This document shows positions 16,023 through 25,861 of a stretch of DNA of 64,000 bases, piece by piece. The position numbers and the translations under genes are program-made. Origin of the DNA: Gemmatimonadota bacterium (GTDB lineage: Bacteria; Gemmatimonadota; Gemmatimonadetes; Gemmatimonadales; GWC2-71-9); the NCBI GenBank assembly GCA_041499375.1, contig JBGQKD010000006.1, forward strand, positions 43,582-107,581, written 5' to 3'. Under the pieces are notes generated by a model that did no database searches, was not told the origin of the DNA, and saw only the letters and a list, made by a program, of their open reading frames with translations. How positions within the stretch are numbered: position 1 is the first letter of the stretch; every line of letters starts with the position of its first letter.

Positions 16023-19000
16023 ATGTTACGCCTTGCGATTTGTTCGATCGGTATGCTCCTGCTGCTCAGCTGCCGCCGGGAAACGACCCCGCCGTTATTC
16101 ACGCTCCTGTCTCCGCATCAGACAGGGGTCACGTTCGCCAACACTATCACCACCAGCGACTCGATGAACCTGCAGAACCACGTCTACCTCTACAACGGTG
16201 CGGGCGTGGCGGTCGGCGATATCAACAACGACGGGCTCCCCGATCTGTTCTTCAGCGGCAACATGGTCTCGAGCCGGCTGTACCTGAACAAGGGCAACCT
16301 GCAGTTCGAAGACATCACCGAGCGCGCCGGGGTCAAGACCACCCGGTGGTGTACGGGCGCAACGATGGTGGACATCAACAACGACGGGTTGCTGGACATC
16401 TACCTGTCCGTTTCCGGGCCCGGAGCCGGGTCCAGGGGGGTCGACCGCGCCAACCTGTTGTTCATCAACAACGGCGATAACACGTTCACGGAAGCGGCGC
16501 ACCAATACGGGATCGCCGATACCGGCTTCACGACGCACGCCGCCTTCCTCGATTACAACGGGGACGGCTACCTCGATCTCTTTTTGTTGAACAACTCGCC
16601 ACAAGATTTCGCCCGCGGTGCGGCCGACACGCACCCGCTCGGCGTGCAGACCATCAGTCCCGCGAGCTACAACACACTCTACCGCAACAACGGTGACGGG
16701 ACCTTTACCGACGTCTCCGCACAGGCGGGAATTCTGCGGCAGATCGGGTATGGCCTCGGTGTGGTCGTGGCCGATGTCAACCGCGACGGCCGGCCCGACA
16801 TCTACGTGTCCAACGACGTCTCCCCGAACGACGCCCTCTACATCAACAACGGCAACGGCACGTTCACCGATCGGGCCGCCGCGTCGCTGAAGCATGCGAG
16901 CATCGCGGGGATGGGCGCCGACATCGCCGACTTCAACAATGACGGCTGGCCCGACATCGTGCAGATGGACATGCTGCCCGCCGCCGCCGAGCAGCGCAAA
17001 CGGATGAGCGGCTTTCTCACCTACGGTAGGCGCATGCAGCAGCGGCAGCGCGGCTTTCGGGACGACTACGACGCCAACGCCCTGCAGCTCAGCAACGGTG
17101 TGACGCCGCAGGGGACCGTCGTTTTCAGCGAAATCGCGAATCTGGCAGGCGTCGCCGCCACCGATTGGAGCTGGAGCCCCTTGTTCGCCGACTTCGATAA
17201 CGACGGACGCAAGGACATCTTCATCACGAACGGCTATCCCAAAGCGCCGAACGATCTCGACTACCAGGCGGCGGTGTTTGGGGCGCGCCGCGGGAGCAAT
17301 CACGCGGCGGCGCTCGAGGTGTTGCATCAGTTGCGCAGTTACAAGCTTCGTAACTATCTGTTTCGCAACAACGGCGACCTGACGTTCAGCGATGTCGGCA
17401 AGGCGTGGGGCATGACCCAGCCCGGCTTCTCGTACGGCGCCGCCTACGTCGATCTCGACAACGACGGCAAGCTCGACCTGGTCGTGAGCAACATCGACGC
17501 GCCCGCGTCGATCTACGAGAATGTCCAGCGCGACAGCGCCGCGCACTATCTCACGGTGGTCCTCGACGGCGCAGCACCGAACCGGCGCGGTCTCGGCGCC
17601 TCGCTGGCGCTGACGGCAGCGGGTCAGCGGCAGTATCTCTACGAGTCGCCGTACCGTGGCTTCATGTCGACGATGGACGACCGCGAGCACTTTGGGCTCG
17701 GCACGGCGACGCGCGTCGACAGCCTGGCGGTGACGTGGCCGGATGGCCGGACGCAGGTGCTCACGGATCTCGCCGTGGACCGGATGATCACGGTGCGTCA
17801 GGCCGACGCCTCCACCTCCACCAACCTTCACCAACCTCCACCGTCCTCCACCATCCGTTTCTTCCAGGCCGCGCCAGCGCCGCCCTACCGGCAGGTGCTG
17901 CCCGCCTCATCCGATTTCGAAGTCCAGCCGCTCCTGCCCTATGAGCCGTCGCGCCAGGGGCCTCCGCTCGCGGTTGCCGACGTCAACGGCGACGGTCTCG
18001 ACGACATCTTTGTCGGCGGCAGGGCCGAGGTGCCGGGCAAGCTCTTTCTTCAGAAGAGGGACGGCAGCTTCGTCGAATCGGCAGTGGGCCAGCCGTGGAC
18101 GGCGGACAAAGGCTACGAGGACTGGGGAGCCGTGTTCTTCGACGCCAATGGCGACGGACGGCCCGATCTCTATGTGGCAAGCTGCGGCTACCAGCATACG
18201 CCGGTGTCACGGTTGCTGCAGGACCGGCTCTACATCAATCAGGGCGGCGGCAAGTTCGTGCGCGACATCCCGGCATTACCGGAGATGCTCGCCTGTACGG
18301 CGGCTGTGGCGGCGGGCGATTTCAATGGCGATGGCAAGCCGGATCTGTTTGTCGGCGGCCGGCTCACGCCGCGCAGCTACCCCTACCCCGCGCGTAGCTA
18401 CATCCTCCGCAACGAGGGTGGACACTTCACCGACGTGACGGCGCAAGTCGCGCCCGAGCTGGCGCAACCCTTCGGCATGATCACCGCGGCAGTCTGGGGC
18501 GATTTCGACGGCGACGGCCGCCTCGATCTCGTGACGGCCGGCGAATGGATGCCGCTCCAGTTCTGGCACAATGACGGCAACAAACTGGTGCCCGTCTCCG
18601 TCGGATTGCCGCCCACACGAGGCTGGTGGTGGAGCCTGGCCGCCGCCGACTTCAATCACGACGGTCGCCCCGACCTCGTCGCGGGCAACATGGGGCTGAA
18701 CTTCATGTATCAGACGTCGCCCCAGAATCCGTTCGGCGTGTACGCGGCCGACTTCACCGGCGATCACGGGACCGATATCGTCCTGACGCAGACGATCGAC
18801 GGGAAGGACTATCCGTTCTTTGGCCGGGCGAAACTCGGCCCCGTGATCTATCCTCTCGCGCTGCGCATCCCGCGCTACTCGACATTCGCGGCCGCAACGG
18901 TCGCGCAGCTGTTCAGCTCCGCGCAGCTACAGCGCGCGCTGCACTATCAGGCCGATACGTTCGCGAGCCTATACCTGCAGAACAACGGCAACGGCACCTT

Positions 19001-19331
19001 CACCGCGGCGCCGCTGCCGAATCGCGCGCAGATTTCGCCGATCCGTGGCATTGTGGCGCGCGATGTGGATGGCGACGGCAACCTCGATCTGATCGTCGCG
19101 GGGAATCTCACCGAAATGGAGCCGAACACCACGCCGCCCGATGCGGGCAACGGGCTCTGGCTCAGGGGCGATGGCCGAGGACACTTCACGCCGGTCTCGC
19201 CGTTCGAGAGCGGCTTCCTCGCGCCGCGGGGCGTGTCGGGATTGACGCTCATGAAAACGCCTGCAGGGAGCGCCGTGCTCGTAGCGAACACGGGCGACTC
19301 CCTGCAGGCGTTTACGATTCGAAACCGCTAG
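16023..19331 (+). CDS. large VCBS/FG-GAP lipoprotein: CRTAC1-like unit (with ASPIC/UnbV) fused to a second FG-GAP propeller
   Basis: Tracked ORF 15813..19331 trimmed to ATG 16023 (MLRLAICSIGMLLLLSC lipobox). More than 10 D-x-N/D-x-DG-x-x-D loops. Internal ASPIC/UnbV-like RRGLGASLALTA...DDREHFGLG...LAVTWPDG, then an S/T/P linker (ADASTSTNLHQPPPSST), then a second repeat set. Confidence 0.9.
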   Translation: MLRLAICSIGMLLLLSCRRETTPPLFTLLSPHQTGVTFANTITTSDSMNLQNHVYLYNGAGVAVGDINNDGLPDLFFSGNMVSSRLYLNKGNLQFEDITERAGVKTTRWCTGATMVDINNDGLLDIYLSVSGPGAGSRGVDRANLLFINNGDNTFTEAAHQYGIADTGFTTHAAFLDYNGDGYLDLFLLNNSPQDFARGAADTHPLGVQTISPASYNTLYRNNGDGTFTDVSAQAGILRQIGYGLGVVVADVNRDGRPDIYVSNDVSPNDALYINNGNGTFTDRAAASLKHASIAGMGADIADFNNDGWPDIVQMDMLPAAAEQRKRMSGFLTYGRRMQQRQRGFRDDYDANALQLSNGVTPQGTVVFSEIANLAGVAATDWSWSPLFADFDNDGRKDIFITNGYPKAPNDLDYQAAVFGARRGSNHAAALEVLHQLRSYKLRNYLFRNNGDLTFSDVGKAWGMTQPGFSYGAAYVDLDNDGKLDLVVSNIDAPASIYENVQRDSAAHYLTVVLDGAAPNRRGLGASLALTAAGQRQYLYESPYRGFMSTMDDREHFGLGTATRVDSLAVTWPDGRTQVLTDLAVDRMITVRQADASTSTNLHQPPPSSTIRFFQAAPAPPYRQVLPASSDFEVQPLLPYEPSRQGPPLAVADVNGDGLDDIFVGGRAEVPGKLFLQKRDGSFVESAVGQPWTADKGYEDWGAVFFDANGDGRPDLYVASCGYQHTPVSRLLQDRLYINQGGGKFVRDIPALPEMLACTAAVAAGDFNGDGKPDLFVGGRLTPRSYPYPARSYILRNEGGHFTDVTAQVAPELAQPFGMITAAVWGDFDGDGRLDLVTAGEWMPLQFWHNDGNKLVPVSVGLPPTRGWWWSLAAADFNHDGRPDLVAGNMGLNFMYQTSPQNPFGVYAADFTGDHGTDIVLTQTIDGKDYPFFGRAKLGPVIYPLALRIPRYSTFAAATVAQLFSSAQLQRALHYQADTFASLYLQNNGNGTFTAAPLPNRAQISPIRGIVARDVDGDGNLDLIVAGNLTEMEPNTTPPDAGNGLWLRGDGRGHFTPVSPFESGFLAPRGVSGLTLMKTPAGSAVLVANTGDSLQAFTIRNR

Positions 19332-19341
19332 GGCAAGTCCG

Positions 19342-21201
19342 CTAGTTACACGTACCCCACCCGGTGTTCTGCACTAGCCGGCATTCACTCCCAACCTTGC
19401 TCAGCTCGATCTGTGTCGACGGAATCGGATAGTACAGGTACTGTGGCAACACGTACGGTGCGGCCAGGGTGAGGTACCTAATCCGCGTCTTCTCGCTCGC
19501 GAGGTAGTTCGTGACGACGGTGTCCGACCCGCCCCAGCGCCGCAGGTCGAAGAAGCGCTGCCCTTCCATCGCCAGCTCGAGACGCCGCTCGGCGCGAACC
19601 GCCGCCCGTGCGGTGGCCTGCACGGTCCAGGGCGTGGTGTACTGACCGATCTTGTAGAAGGCCCACGGCTTCTGCAGGGAGTCGAGCGTCCCCGTCAGAT
19701 TCGCCAGCATCGGCTGCGCCAGGCGGGTGTCTCCAATGCAGGACGCATACCGGTTCGTGACCGTCGAATCGGCGCTGCCGCAGCCCTGCGCGGTAATGCC
19801 CGCCCGTGCTCTGATCGAATTCACGATCGCCCGGGCGTTCTCGAGGCTTCCGGCTTCGACCTCGGCCTCGGCCAGCATTAGCAACATGTCGGCGTACCGG
19901 TAGAGATGAATCGGCACGTCGTTCGTCTGCGATGCCACCCAGCCGACGTTGTTCTCAGCGTTCGGCGCCCCTTGCTCATGGATGTTCTTCTTGGGGCTGT
20001 ACGGACCGCTGTAGGAGGCGTCGCGGATCCACTGGCGGATGTGCACGCCCCAATCCTTATAGGGGACGTTATCCCGGCCTACGGTCCAATCGAGCCGCGG
20101 ATCGACCGCGTTCGGCATTCCCGCATAGGTCGTGTCAGTGTTCCACGCCGGGCCCGCCACTGCCAGCGGCAGACCGGCCGCATCGACCTTGAAGTAATTC
20201 GTCAGGTTGTACGACGGCTGGTGGAAGCCGCAGCAGGCGAAGTGGCTCGGAGCGTACGGGAAATTGAGCCGCTCGCCCCAGTTCGAGTTCCAACCACTCG
20301 GCTCGCCGTCCTTGACCGAGGCTTGGAACGCGAGGATGGTCTCCTTGCCGTTCCGGTACGCCGGAAAGCCGGTCCAGACGTGATCGAAGCTGGTCTCGAG
20401 CGCGAACACGTTGCTGTTCTTCACCGCCGTCAACGTGGTGATCGCCTGCGCCCAGTAGGCTGGGTTCAGCGCGGCGGCGTACACCTGCACGCGACCCTTG
20501 TACGCCCGCGCCGCCCACGACGTCACGCGGCCCTTTTCGCCATTGCGCGGCGCAGGCGGAAGCATGGCCGCGGCGCTGTCGAGGTCCGCGATCATCAGCT
20601 TGATGATCGAGTCGAGCGGCAAATCGTTCGGCTTCCGGAGATCGGTATCGGTCTCCAAGTAGTAGGGAATGTGCCCCCACATCCGGTAGGCCTCGAAGTG
20701 GTAGTGCGCCCGCAGGAAGAGCGCCTCGCCGCGGATCTGGCGTGCCACCCCCGCCGCGAACTCGCCCGGCTTCGATGCCTCCACGGCCTCGAGCAGGCGG
20801 AGCGTCGCGTTGGAGCGTGCCACGCCCTCATAGACCTGGGCCCACTTCTGGTTTATGTAGGTGTCGGCCTCGCCGACGCTCCACAGAAACGTCTCGATGT
20901 CGTTGATCGGCTGCTGATCGCCGAGGTCGGAGCCCTTGTACGCGTCATTGCCGGTGACGCTGCCCCACACCCAGTTGCTGGCGGCGCAGCCCCAGGAGCC
21001 GGAGGAGCTGGACTCGCAGTCCAGCGCCCGGTAGGCCGCGATGAGCGAGCCTTCCACGCCGACTTTCGTCGAGAGCGTCGATTGATCGACCGTGCCTTGG
21101 GCGGGCTGGTCCAGGAAATCTTTGCAGGCGTAGGTGACGCCGGCGACGACCACCAGTGCCGCCATGCTGTACAAGACTCGCTGCCACATGTGTCTGTTCA
21201 T
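19342..21201 (-). CDS. SusD/RagB-family nutrient-binding outer-membrane lipoprotein
   Basis: Tracked ORF 19342..21225 trimmed to ATG 21201 (RBS GGAGAGGGA upstream; MNRHMWQRVLYSMAALVVVAGVTYAC lipobox). Size and position directly downstream of the SusC-like gene. Typical blocks RALFLRAHYHFEAYRMWG, ERRLELAMEGQRFFDLRRW. Confidence 0.88.
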   Translation of the reverse strand: MNRHMWQRVLYSMAALVVVAGVTYACKDFLDQPAQGTVDQSTLSTKVGVEGSLIAAYRALDCESSSSGSWGCAASNWVWGSVTGNDAYKGSDLGDQQPINDIETFLWSVGEADTYINQKWAQVYEGVARSNATLRLLEAVEASKPGEFAAGVARQIRGEALFLRAHYHFEAYRMWGHIPYYLETDTDLRKPNDLPLDSIIKLMIADLDSAAAMLPPAPRNGEKGRVTSWAARAYKGRVQVYAAALNPAYWAQAITTLTAVKNSNVFALETSFDHVWTGFPAYRNGKETILAFQASVKDGEPSGWNSNWGERLNFPYAPSHFACCGFHQPSYNLTNYFKVDAAGLPLAVAGPAWNTDTTYAGMPNAVDPRLDWTVGRDNVPYKDWGVHIRQWIRDASYSGPYSPKKNIHEQGAPNAENNVGWVASQTNDVPIHLYRYADMLLMLAEAEVEAGSLENARAIVNSIRARAGITAQGCGSADSTVTNRYASCIGDTRLAQPMLANLTGTLDSLQKPWAFYKIGQYTTPWTVQATARAAVRAERRLELAMEGQRFFDLRRWGGSDTVVTNYLASEKTRIRYLTLAAPYVLPQYLYYPIPSTQIELSKVGSECRLVQNTGWGTCN

Positions 21202-21237
21202 CGTCTTCCGTCCCTCTCCAGTCAAAGACGAAGTTCG

Positions 21238-24200
21238 TTAGAAGGTGGTCGAAATCCCGATCGTAATGATCTTGTTGCTCGGATACGTGCCCTGGTCGAT
21301 GCCACGGGCCTCATCCCGAATGTCGCCTGTGTTCCCGCCGGAAGCTGCTACCGGGAGCGACGGATCGAGACCGGAGTACCCGGTAATCGTGAACAGATTT
21401 TCCGCCTGCAGGTACACGCGCGCGGCCGGGATCCATCGGACGATGGCGGGCGGGAGGTTGTACGAGAGCTGCAGGGTGCGCAGCCGCACGTACGAGCCGT
21501 CCTCCACCCAGTAGCTGCTCCACTGCCGGCTGAACGCGTCGCTGCCGTCGATCCGGGGATACTTGGCGCCCGGGTTGATCACGCGCGGATCGCCGCTGCA
21601 ACCACGTGACGCGTCGCATGGTTTATCGAGCTGCACCGAATTGGCGAGCAGGTCCTTCGCGACGTTGGTGGCGAAGTACCGGTACACGTACCAGTACTTC
21701 TGCGTGTTGAAGATCTGGTTGCCGAAGGTCCCGAACACCGTGGCACTCAGTTCCCACGAACCGCGCCGCAGCGCGAGATCGAGCCCGGCCGTGAAATCGG
21801 GATGCGGGCTGCCGATGAGCGCCCGGTCGTCGGCGGTGATCAAGCCGTCGCCGTTCAGATCCTTGAACTTGATGCGCCCGGGGCGCGCGCCCGAAGACCA
21901 GTAGGGCGACGCATCCACCGAATCGACGTAGTAGCCGTCGGCCACCAGACCGTAGAACGCGCCGAGCGGCTGACCCAGCTCGTTGCGCACCGCGTTTTGC
22001 TCGCGCACCACCGAGCTGCCGCGTCCGAGGAAGAACGTTTGCACGCCGTCGATCTTCGTGATCTTGTTCTTATAGTGGCTGCCGTTGAACGACACGCTCC
22101 ACACCGTGCGCGTGCCGATCGTGCTGTGATAGCCAATCGAGAAATCGATGCCGTTGTTGCTCATGCTGCCGATATTGCGAACCGGCGGCGCCGCGGAGCC
22201 GCCCGTCGCGGGCGTCGGCGGATCGAACAACAGACCATTCGTGTTGCGGCGATACACATCGACCGTGAAATTGCCGCGGCCGCTGAGGAACTCGAAGTCC
22301 AATCCGGCGTTCGTCGAATGGTTCTCTTCCCACTTCAAGGTCGGGTTGCCGAGCGCGGTGGTCTTGAAGCCCGGCTGAATCGACGACCCGGTCCCGCCGA
22401 TGTCATAGAAGACATCGCCGCGGTCGCCGCCGTACTGATCGTAGATCCGGAACGGGACGTTCTGATTGCCCGTCACGCCCCATCCGAAGCGGAGCATGAC
22501 GTTCTGCACCGGCAGGCTCTGGCCGAACGATTCCCGCGAGATCCGCCAGCCGCCCCCGACCGCCGGGAACGTCCCCCACCGGTTCGTCGGCCCGAACGTC
22601 GATGATCCGTCGCGCCGCAGCGTCAAGCTGAGATAGTAGCGGTCGCCGTAGTTGTAGTCCGCCTTGCCGAAGAACGAGAGTAGCGCGTGTTTGCTACCGG
22701 AACTGCTCACGTTCTTCGTCGTCGGATCGCACAGCGCGTCCTGGATGTAGCGCGAGTCCACGCTGTTGTTGAGCAGCTTGGTGCAATTGCCCGCCTCGAA
22801 CCGGAAGTTGCCCTTGATCGCTTCCTGCCCCAGGAGCAGCGTGACGTTGTGCTGGTTCATCGTCCGCGAATAGTTCAGCGTATTGCTCCAGGTCCACTCC
22901 GAGAACAGGCTGTAGTTCTCGTTGATGCCGTCGATGTCCGTCACTTCCCGGTCCTCGAACGTCGTCGGCGTGTACCCGTGGAACGAGCCCTGATTGAGAT
23001 TGAATCCGAACTTCGTCTTCAACGACAGCGCGTGCCCCGCATCGACGGTCCCGAACACGTTGCCGAACACGCGATCGTTCGTCGCGATGTTGTTCTGCGC
23101 AAAGGTCGCGATCTTGAGGGGGTTCGTCATGTTGCCGAGACCGCCGGCCTTGCCGGAGGCAAAGTTCCCGCCGACGTCGTAGATCGGGGTCACGGGCTGC
23201 TGGAAGATATTCTTGCCGACGATATTCCCTTCACCGACGTTGTCATCGGTGAGCCCCTCGGCGCCGTGGTGCTGCTCGCGCGAGATCGAAAGGTTCTCGC
23301 CGATGCTGGCCCGACCGATGTTGAACGTGGTGTTGACCCGGGCGCCGCCGCGCTGGAACCGCGTGAACGCCGCCGTGCCCTCCTGGTCGAGATAGTTCAA
23401 CGACACGTGGTAGGCGTTGTCATCCCCGCCGCCCGAGAGGGCCAGGTTCGCGTCGCGGTACTGACCGGACCCGAACACCGCCTTCCACCAATTGGTCCCC
23501 GGGCTGCCGGGCATGATCAGGTTGGTCGGGTACGAATACGTCGCCGGATCGACGTTGGTGCAGGGCACCGGCGTCCCGTTCGCATTGTTGCAGTTGTTCG
23601 GAAAGATGTATGCCGGGACGCTGGGGTTGACTGAATCCCCGTAGATGTTGATCGGGATCTGCTGTCCCGCGTTCTGTTGCCCCAGCTTGACGACCTTGAA
23701 ATAGTCGAGCGAATTCTGGATCAGGATGTCGTCATAGCCGTGCGTGGGGGTGGCCACCCCGGTCCGGACGTCCAGCGTCACCTGCCGCTGTCCCGGTCTC
23801 CCCTTTTTCGTTTCGATGATGATGACGCCGTTGCTCGCGCGCGATCCGTAGATCGACGTCGCGGAGCCGTCCTTCAGCACCTGCATGGACGCGATGTCGT
23901 CCGGGTTCAGGAAGTTGAGATACGACTCCTGCACCGGCGTCCCGTCGACGATGTACAGCGGGTCGTTGTTCTGAAAGCCCGTGACACCGCGGATCCGCAC
24001 AGTGCTTTTTGAACCGGGAGCACCGCCGCTCTCCACCGTCACGCCCGGCACCCGCCCGTCGAGCCGCTGCAGCACGCTCGTCGAGGTCTGTTGCTGCGCG
24101 CCCTCGACGTTGATGCTCGACACGGAGCCCGTGATGTCCGCGCGGCGCTGCGCCGTGTACCCGGTCACGATCACCGGCTCGAGCACGGCGATCGCCGACT

Positions 24201-24504
24201 CGAGCGCGACGTCGATCTGGGGACGCCCCGCAATCGTGCGCGCGCCGCCCTTGTACCCGATCAGCGCGAACAGGAGCACGCCGTCGCCGGGCGCTGTAAT
24301 GGTGTACTTGCCGTTTGCGTCGGTTGTGGTCGTGGTGGTCGTCCCACGCACCTGGACCGTAACGCCTGGCAACCGTTCACCCGTTATCGAGGTGACCGTG
24401 CCGGAGACCTGGGTCTCCTGCGCCAGAGCCGTGCCGCTCACGGTCAGCGTGAACAGCAGGCCCATTCCGAGTGCAGCGAGAGCACGAATGATTTTCTTTT
24501 CCAT
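21238..24504 (-). CDS. SusC/RagA-family TonB-dependent outer-membrane receptor
   Basis: Tracked ORF 21238..24525 trimmed to ATG 24504 (RBS GGAGG). Signal peptide, then a carboxypeptidase-regulatory-like domain (VSGTVTSITGERLPGVTVQVRG...DANGKYTI), a plug (DGRVPGV..., PLYIVDGTP), a long beta-barrel and a C-terminal ...IGISTTF. Confidence 0.92.
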   Translation of the reverse strand: MEKKIIRALAALGMGLLFTLTVSGTALAQETQVSGTVTSITGERLPGVTVQVRGTTTTTTTDANGKYTITAPGDGVLLFALIGYKGGARTIAGRPQIDVALESAIAVLEPVIVTGYTAQRRADITGSVSSINVEGAQQQTSTSVLQRLDGRVPGVTVESGGAPGSKSTVRIRGVTGFQNNDPLYIVDGTPVQESYLNFLNPDDIASMQVLKDGSATSIYGSRASNGVIIIETKKGRPGQRQVTLDVRTGVATPTHGYDDILIQNSLDYFKVVKLGQQNAGQQIPINIYGDSVNPSVPAYIFPNNCNNANGTPVPCTNVDPATYSYPTNLIMPGSPGTNWWKAVFGSGQYRDANLALSGGGDDNAYHVSLNYLDQEGTAAFTRFQRGGARVNTTFNIGRASIGENLSISREQHHGAEGLTDDNVGEGNIVGKNIFQQPVTPIYDVGGNFASGKAGGLGNMTNPLKIATFAQNNIATNDRVFGNVFGTVDAGHALSLKTKFGFNLNQGSFHGYTPTTFEDREVTDIDGINENYSLFSEWTWSNTLNYSRTMNQHNVTLLLGQEAIKGNFRFEAGNCTKLLNNSVDSRYIQDALCDPTTKNVSSSGSKHALLSFFGKADYNYGDRYYLSLTLRRDGSSTFGPTNRWGTFPAVGGGWRISRESFGQSLPVQNVMLRFGWGVTGNQNVPFRIYDQYGGDRGDVFYDIGGTGSSIQPGFKTTALGNPTLKWEENHSTNAGLDFEFLSGRGNFTVDVYRRNTNGLLFDPPTPATGGSAAPPVRNIGSMSNNGIDFSIGYHSTIGTRTVWSVSFNGSHYKNKITKIDGVQTFFLGRGSSVVREQNAVRNELGQPLGAFYGLVADGYYVDSVDASPYWSSGARPGRIKFKDLNGDGLITADDRALIGSPHPDFTAGLDLALRRGSWELSATVFGTFGNQIFNTQKYWYVYRYFATNVAKDLLANSVQLDKPCDASRGCSGDPRVINPGAKYPRIDGSDAFSRQWSSYWVEDGSYVRLRTLQLSYNLPPAIVRWIPAARVYLQAENLFTITGYSGLDPSLPVAASGGNTGDIRDEARGIDQGTYPSNKIITIGISTTF

Positions 24505-24521
24505 GAATCCCTCCGCCTCCC

Positions 24522-25433
24522 TCATTCGACGGGTCTCCGCATTGACTGCAGGCCTTCCTTGGCGATCACGTCTCGATACGTCAGCAGCACCACGTTGCGT
24601 GCCTTGAGCGCCGCGCTGAACCGCGGCGACGTCAGCGCCGTCAACTCGCCCTGACGGTTCTTGCTCATGTTGGGCAGCGGCTCGTCGGTATTCATGTCGA
24701 GCAACGCGCCGAGCTCCGCGTCGTCGATTCCGACGTGCGTCACGACCGCGTTCAAACCCGGCTGCAACCGACTGACGAACGCGGCCAGACTGTCCCCCTT
24801 CCGCTCCGGCGCCGCGGCATACTGCGGCGCGTCCATCGTCTCCCCGAAGTAGCCGGACATCCCTAGCCCGTACTCGCGCGCCAGCCGCTCCGTGACCTCG
24901 CGGAACTCCGGATAGCGCGTCGCCGTGCCCATGTGCTCATCGACGTAGTCGATCTTCACGCCGGAGCGCAGCGCTCGGTCGATCTGGGCGCGCAGCTCTT
25001 TCTCGACTTCGGCCACGCTGGGATTGTGCTGGTGCAACGCTTCGGAGGAGGGAAAGAAAAAGCCGTTCTCATCGACCAACGACGGAACGGCGGCACTGCC
25101 TGCGACGGGACCCCAGCGATAATTCTTCCACTCCGAATTCAGCGCCAGATGGATGCCGACGGAGACGTTCGGATGCTGCTTGAGAATCTCCACGGCTTCC
25201 TGGTACCACGGGCAGGCGAACAGCACCGACACCGAGACCGGCATGCCGGTCGAGACGAGCTTCTGCATCGCCATGTTCACGCTATGGCTCATGCCGATGT
25301 CGTCGGTGCGGATGATCAGCGAAACAGGCTGGGAGGTGGTGTGGAGGGGCGTCGCGGTTTGCGCCGACACGAACGTCACCGCGCTGGTCGACAGCAACCA
25401 GCTGAACCAGGTGACAGTGCCAATTACGCGCAT
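24522..25433 (-). CDS. YdjC/ChbG-family carbohydrate deacetylase, secreted
   Basis: ORF track 303 aa. Signal peptide. LIIRTDDIGMSHSVN, GIHLALNSEW, DEHMG blocks. Its stop lies 17 nt before the SusC-like start. Confidence 0.82.
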   Translation of the reverse strand: MRVIGTVTWFSWLLSTSAVTFVSAQTATPLHTTSQPVSLIIRTDDIGMSHSVNMAMQKLVSTGMPVSVSVLFACPWYQEAVEILKQHPNVSVGIHLALNSEWKNYRWGPVAGSAAVPSLVDENGFFFPSSEALHQHNPSVAEVEKELRAQIDRALRSGVKIDYVDEHMGTATRYPEFREVTERLAREYGLGMSGYFGETMDAPQYAAAPERKGDSLAAFVSRLQPGLNAVVTHVGIDDAELGALLDMNTDEPLPNMSKNRQGELTALTSPRFSAALKARNVVLLTYRDVIAKEGLQSMRRPVE

Positions 25434-25467
25434 CGGGGCGGCTCCCGTTAGCGAACGGTCTCGAACG

Positions 25468-25485
25468 TGTTACAACGGCGTAACA
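25468..25485. promoter_or_regulatory. perfect inverted repeat TGTTAC-N6-GTAACA, candidate operator upstream of the ydjC/susC/susD-like genes
   Basis: Read directly: TGTTACAACGGCGTAACA. It lies in the 104-nt gap between the LuxR-type gene stop (25538) and the YdjC-like start (25433). It is relatively AT-rich for this window, and no U-tract follows on either strand. Confidence 0.25.
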
Positions 25486-25537
25486 TGACCCCACAGGATG
25501 GAACGACAAGACCCCCAACCCGGGTCACCTGATCAGG

Positions 25538-25861
25538 CTACAACGCGCGGTGTCTGCTCTCTGGACGCTTGCGCCCGTTGCTGCCGCGTTTGGGAAGGGA
25601 ACGAAACTCGGCAAAGACGCGCACCAGCAGCTCCTCGCGGCTCTGCACCTGGAGCTTGCGATAGATGCGCCACAGGTAGGTGTGCACGGTGTGCGGCGAC
25701 AGCCCCAGGCGGGCGGCGGTGTCTTTCTCGGAATTGCCGTCGAAGACGGCGCGCACGATGCCGCACTCCCGCGGCGAGAGGCCGAGACAGTTGGCGAGCG
25801 AACGCCACTCGCCGGGAACGAACACCGCCTGGCCGGTTCCAGTCACGACGGTCTCTCTCAT
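25538..25861 (-). CDS. LuxR/GerE-family helix-turn-helix regulator (short, no receiver domain)
   Basis: C-terminal 107 aa of tracked ORF 25538..26248. Start ATG 25861 (ATGA overlap with the GNAT stop). LSPRECGIVRAVFDGNSEKDTAARLGLSPHTVHTYLWRIYRKLQV. Confidence 0.75.
   Translation of the reverse strand: MRETVVTGTGQAVFVPGEWRSLANCLGLSPRECGIVRAVFDGNSEKDTAARLGLSPHTVHTYLWRIYRKLQVQSREELLVRVFAEFRSLPKRGSNGRKRPESRHRAL

Noticed and set aside
14256-17834. Very long ORFs opposite annotated genes, for example 14256..15695 (+, 479 aa) and 16095..17834 (-, 579 aa). Likewise 19906..21609, 30745..32022, 38165..39571, 45979..47229, 62642..63751, 5859..6734 and 7275..8195.
   Set aside because: They are Arg/Ala/Gly/Pro/His-rich low-complexity translations with no recognisable motifs. 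Each lies antisense to a gene with clear family signatures. This is the typical stop-codon-poor shadow of a high-GC coding strand.
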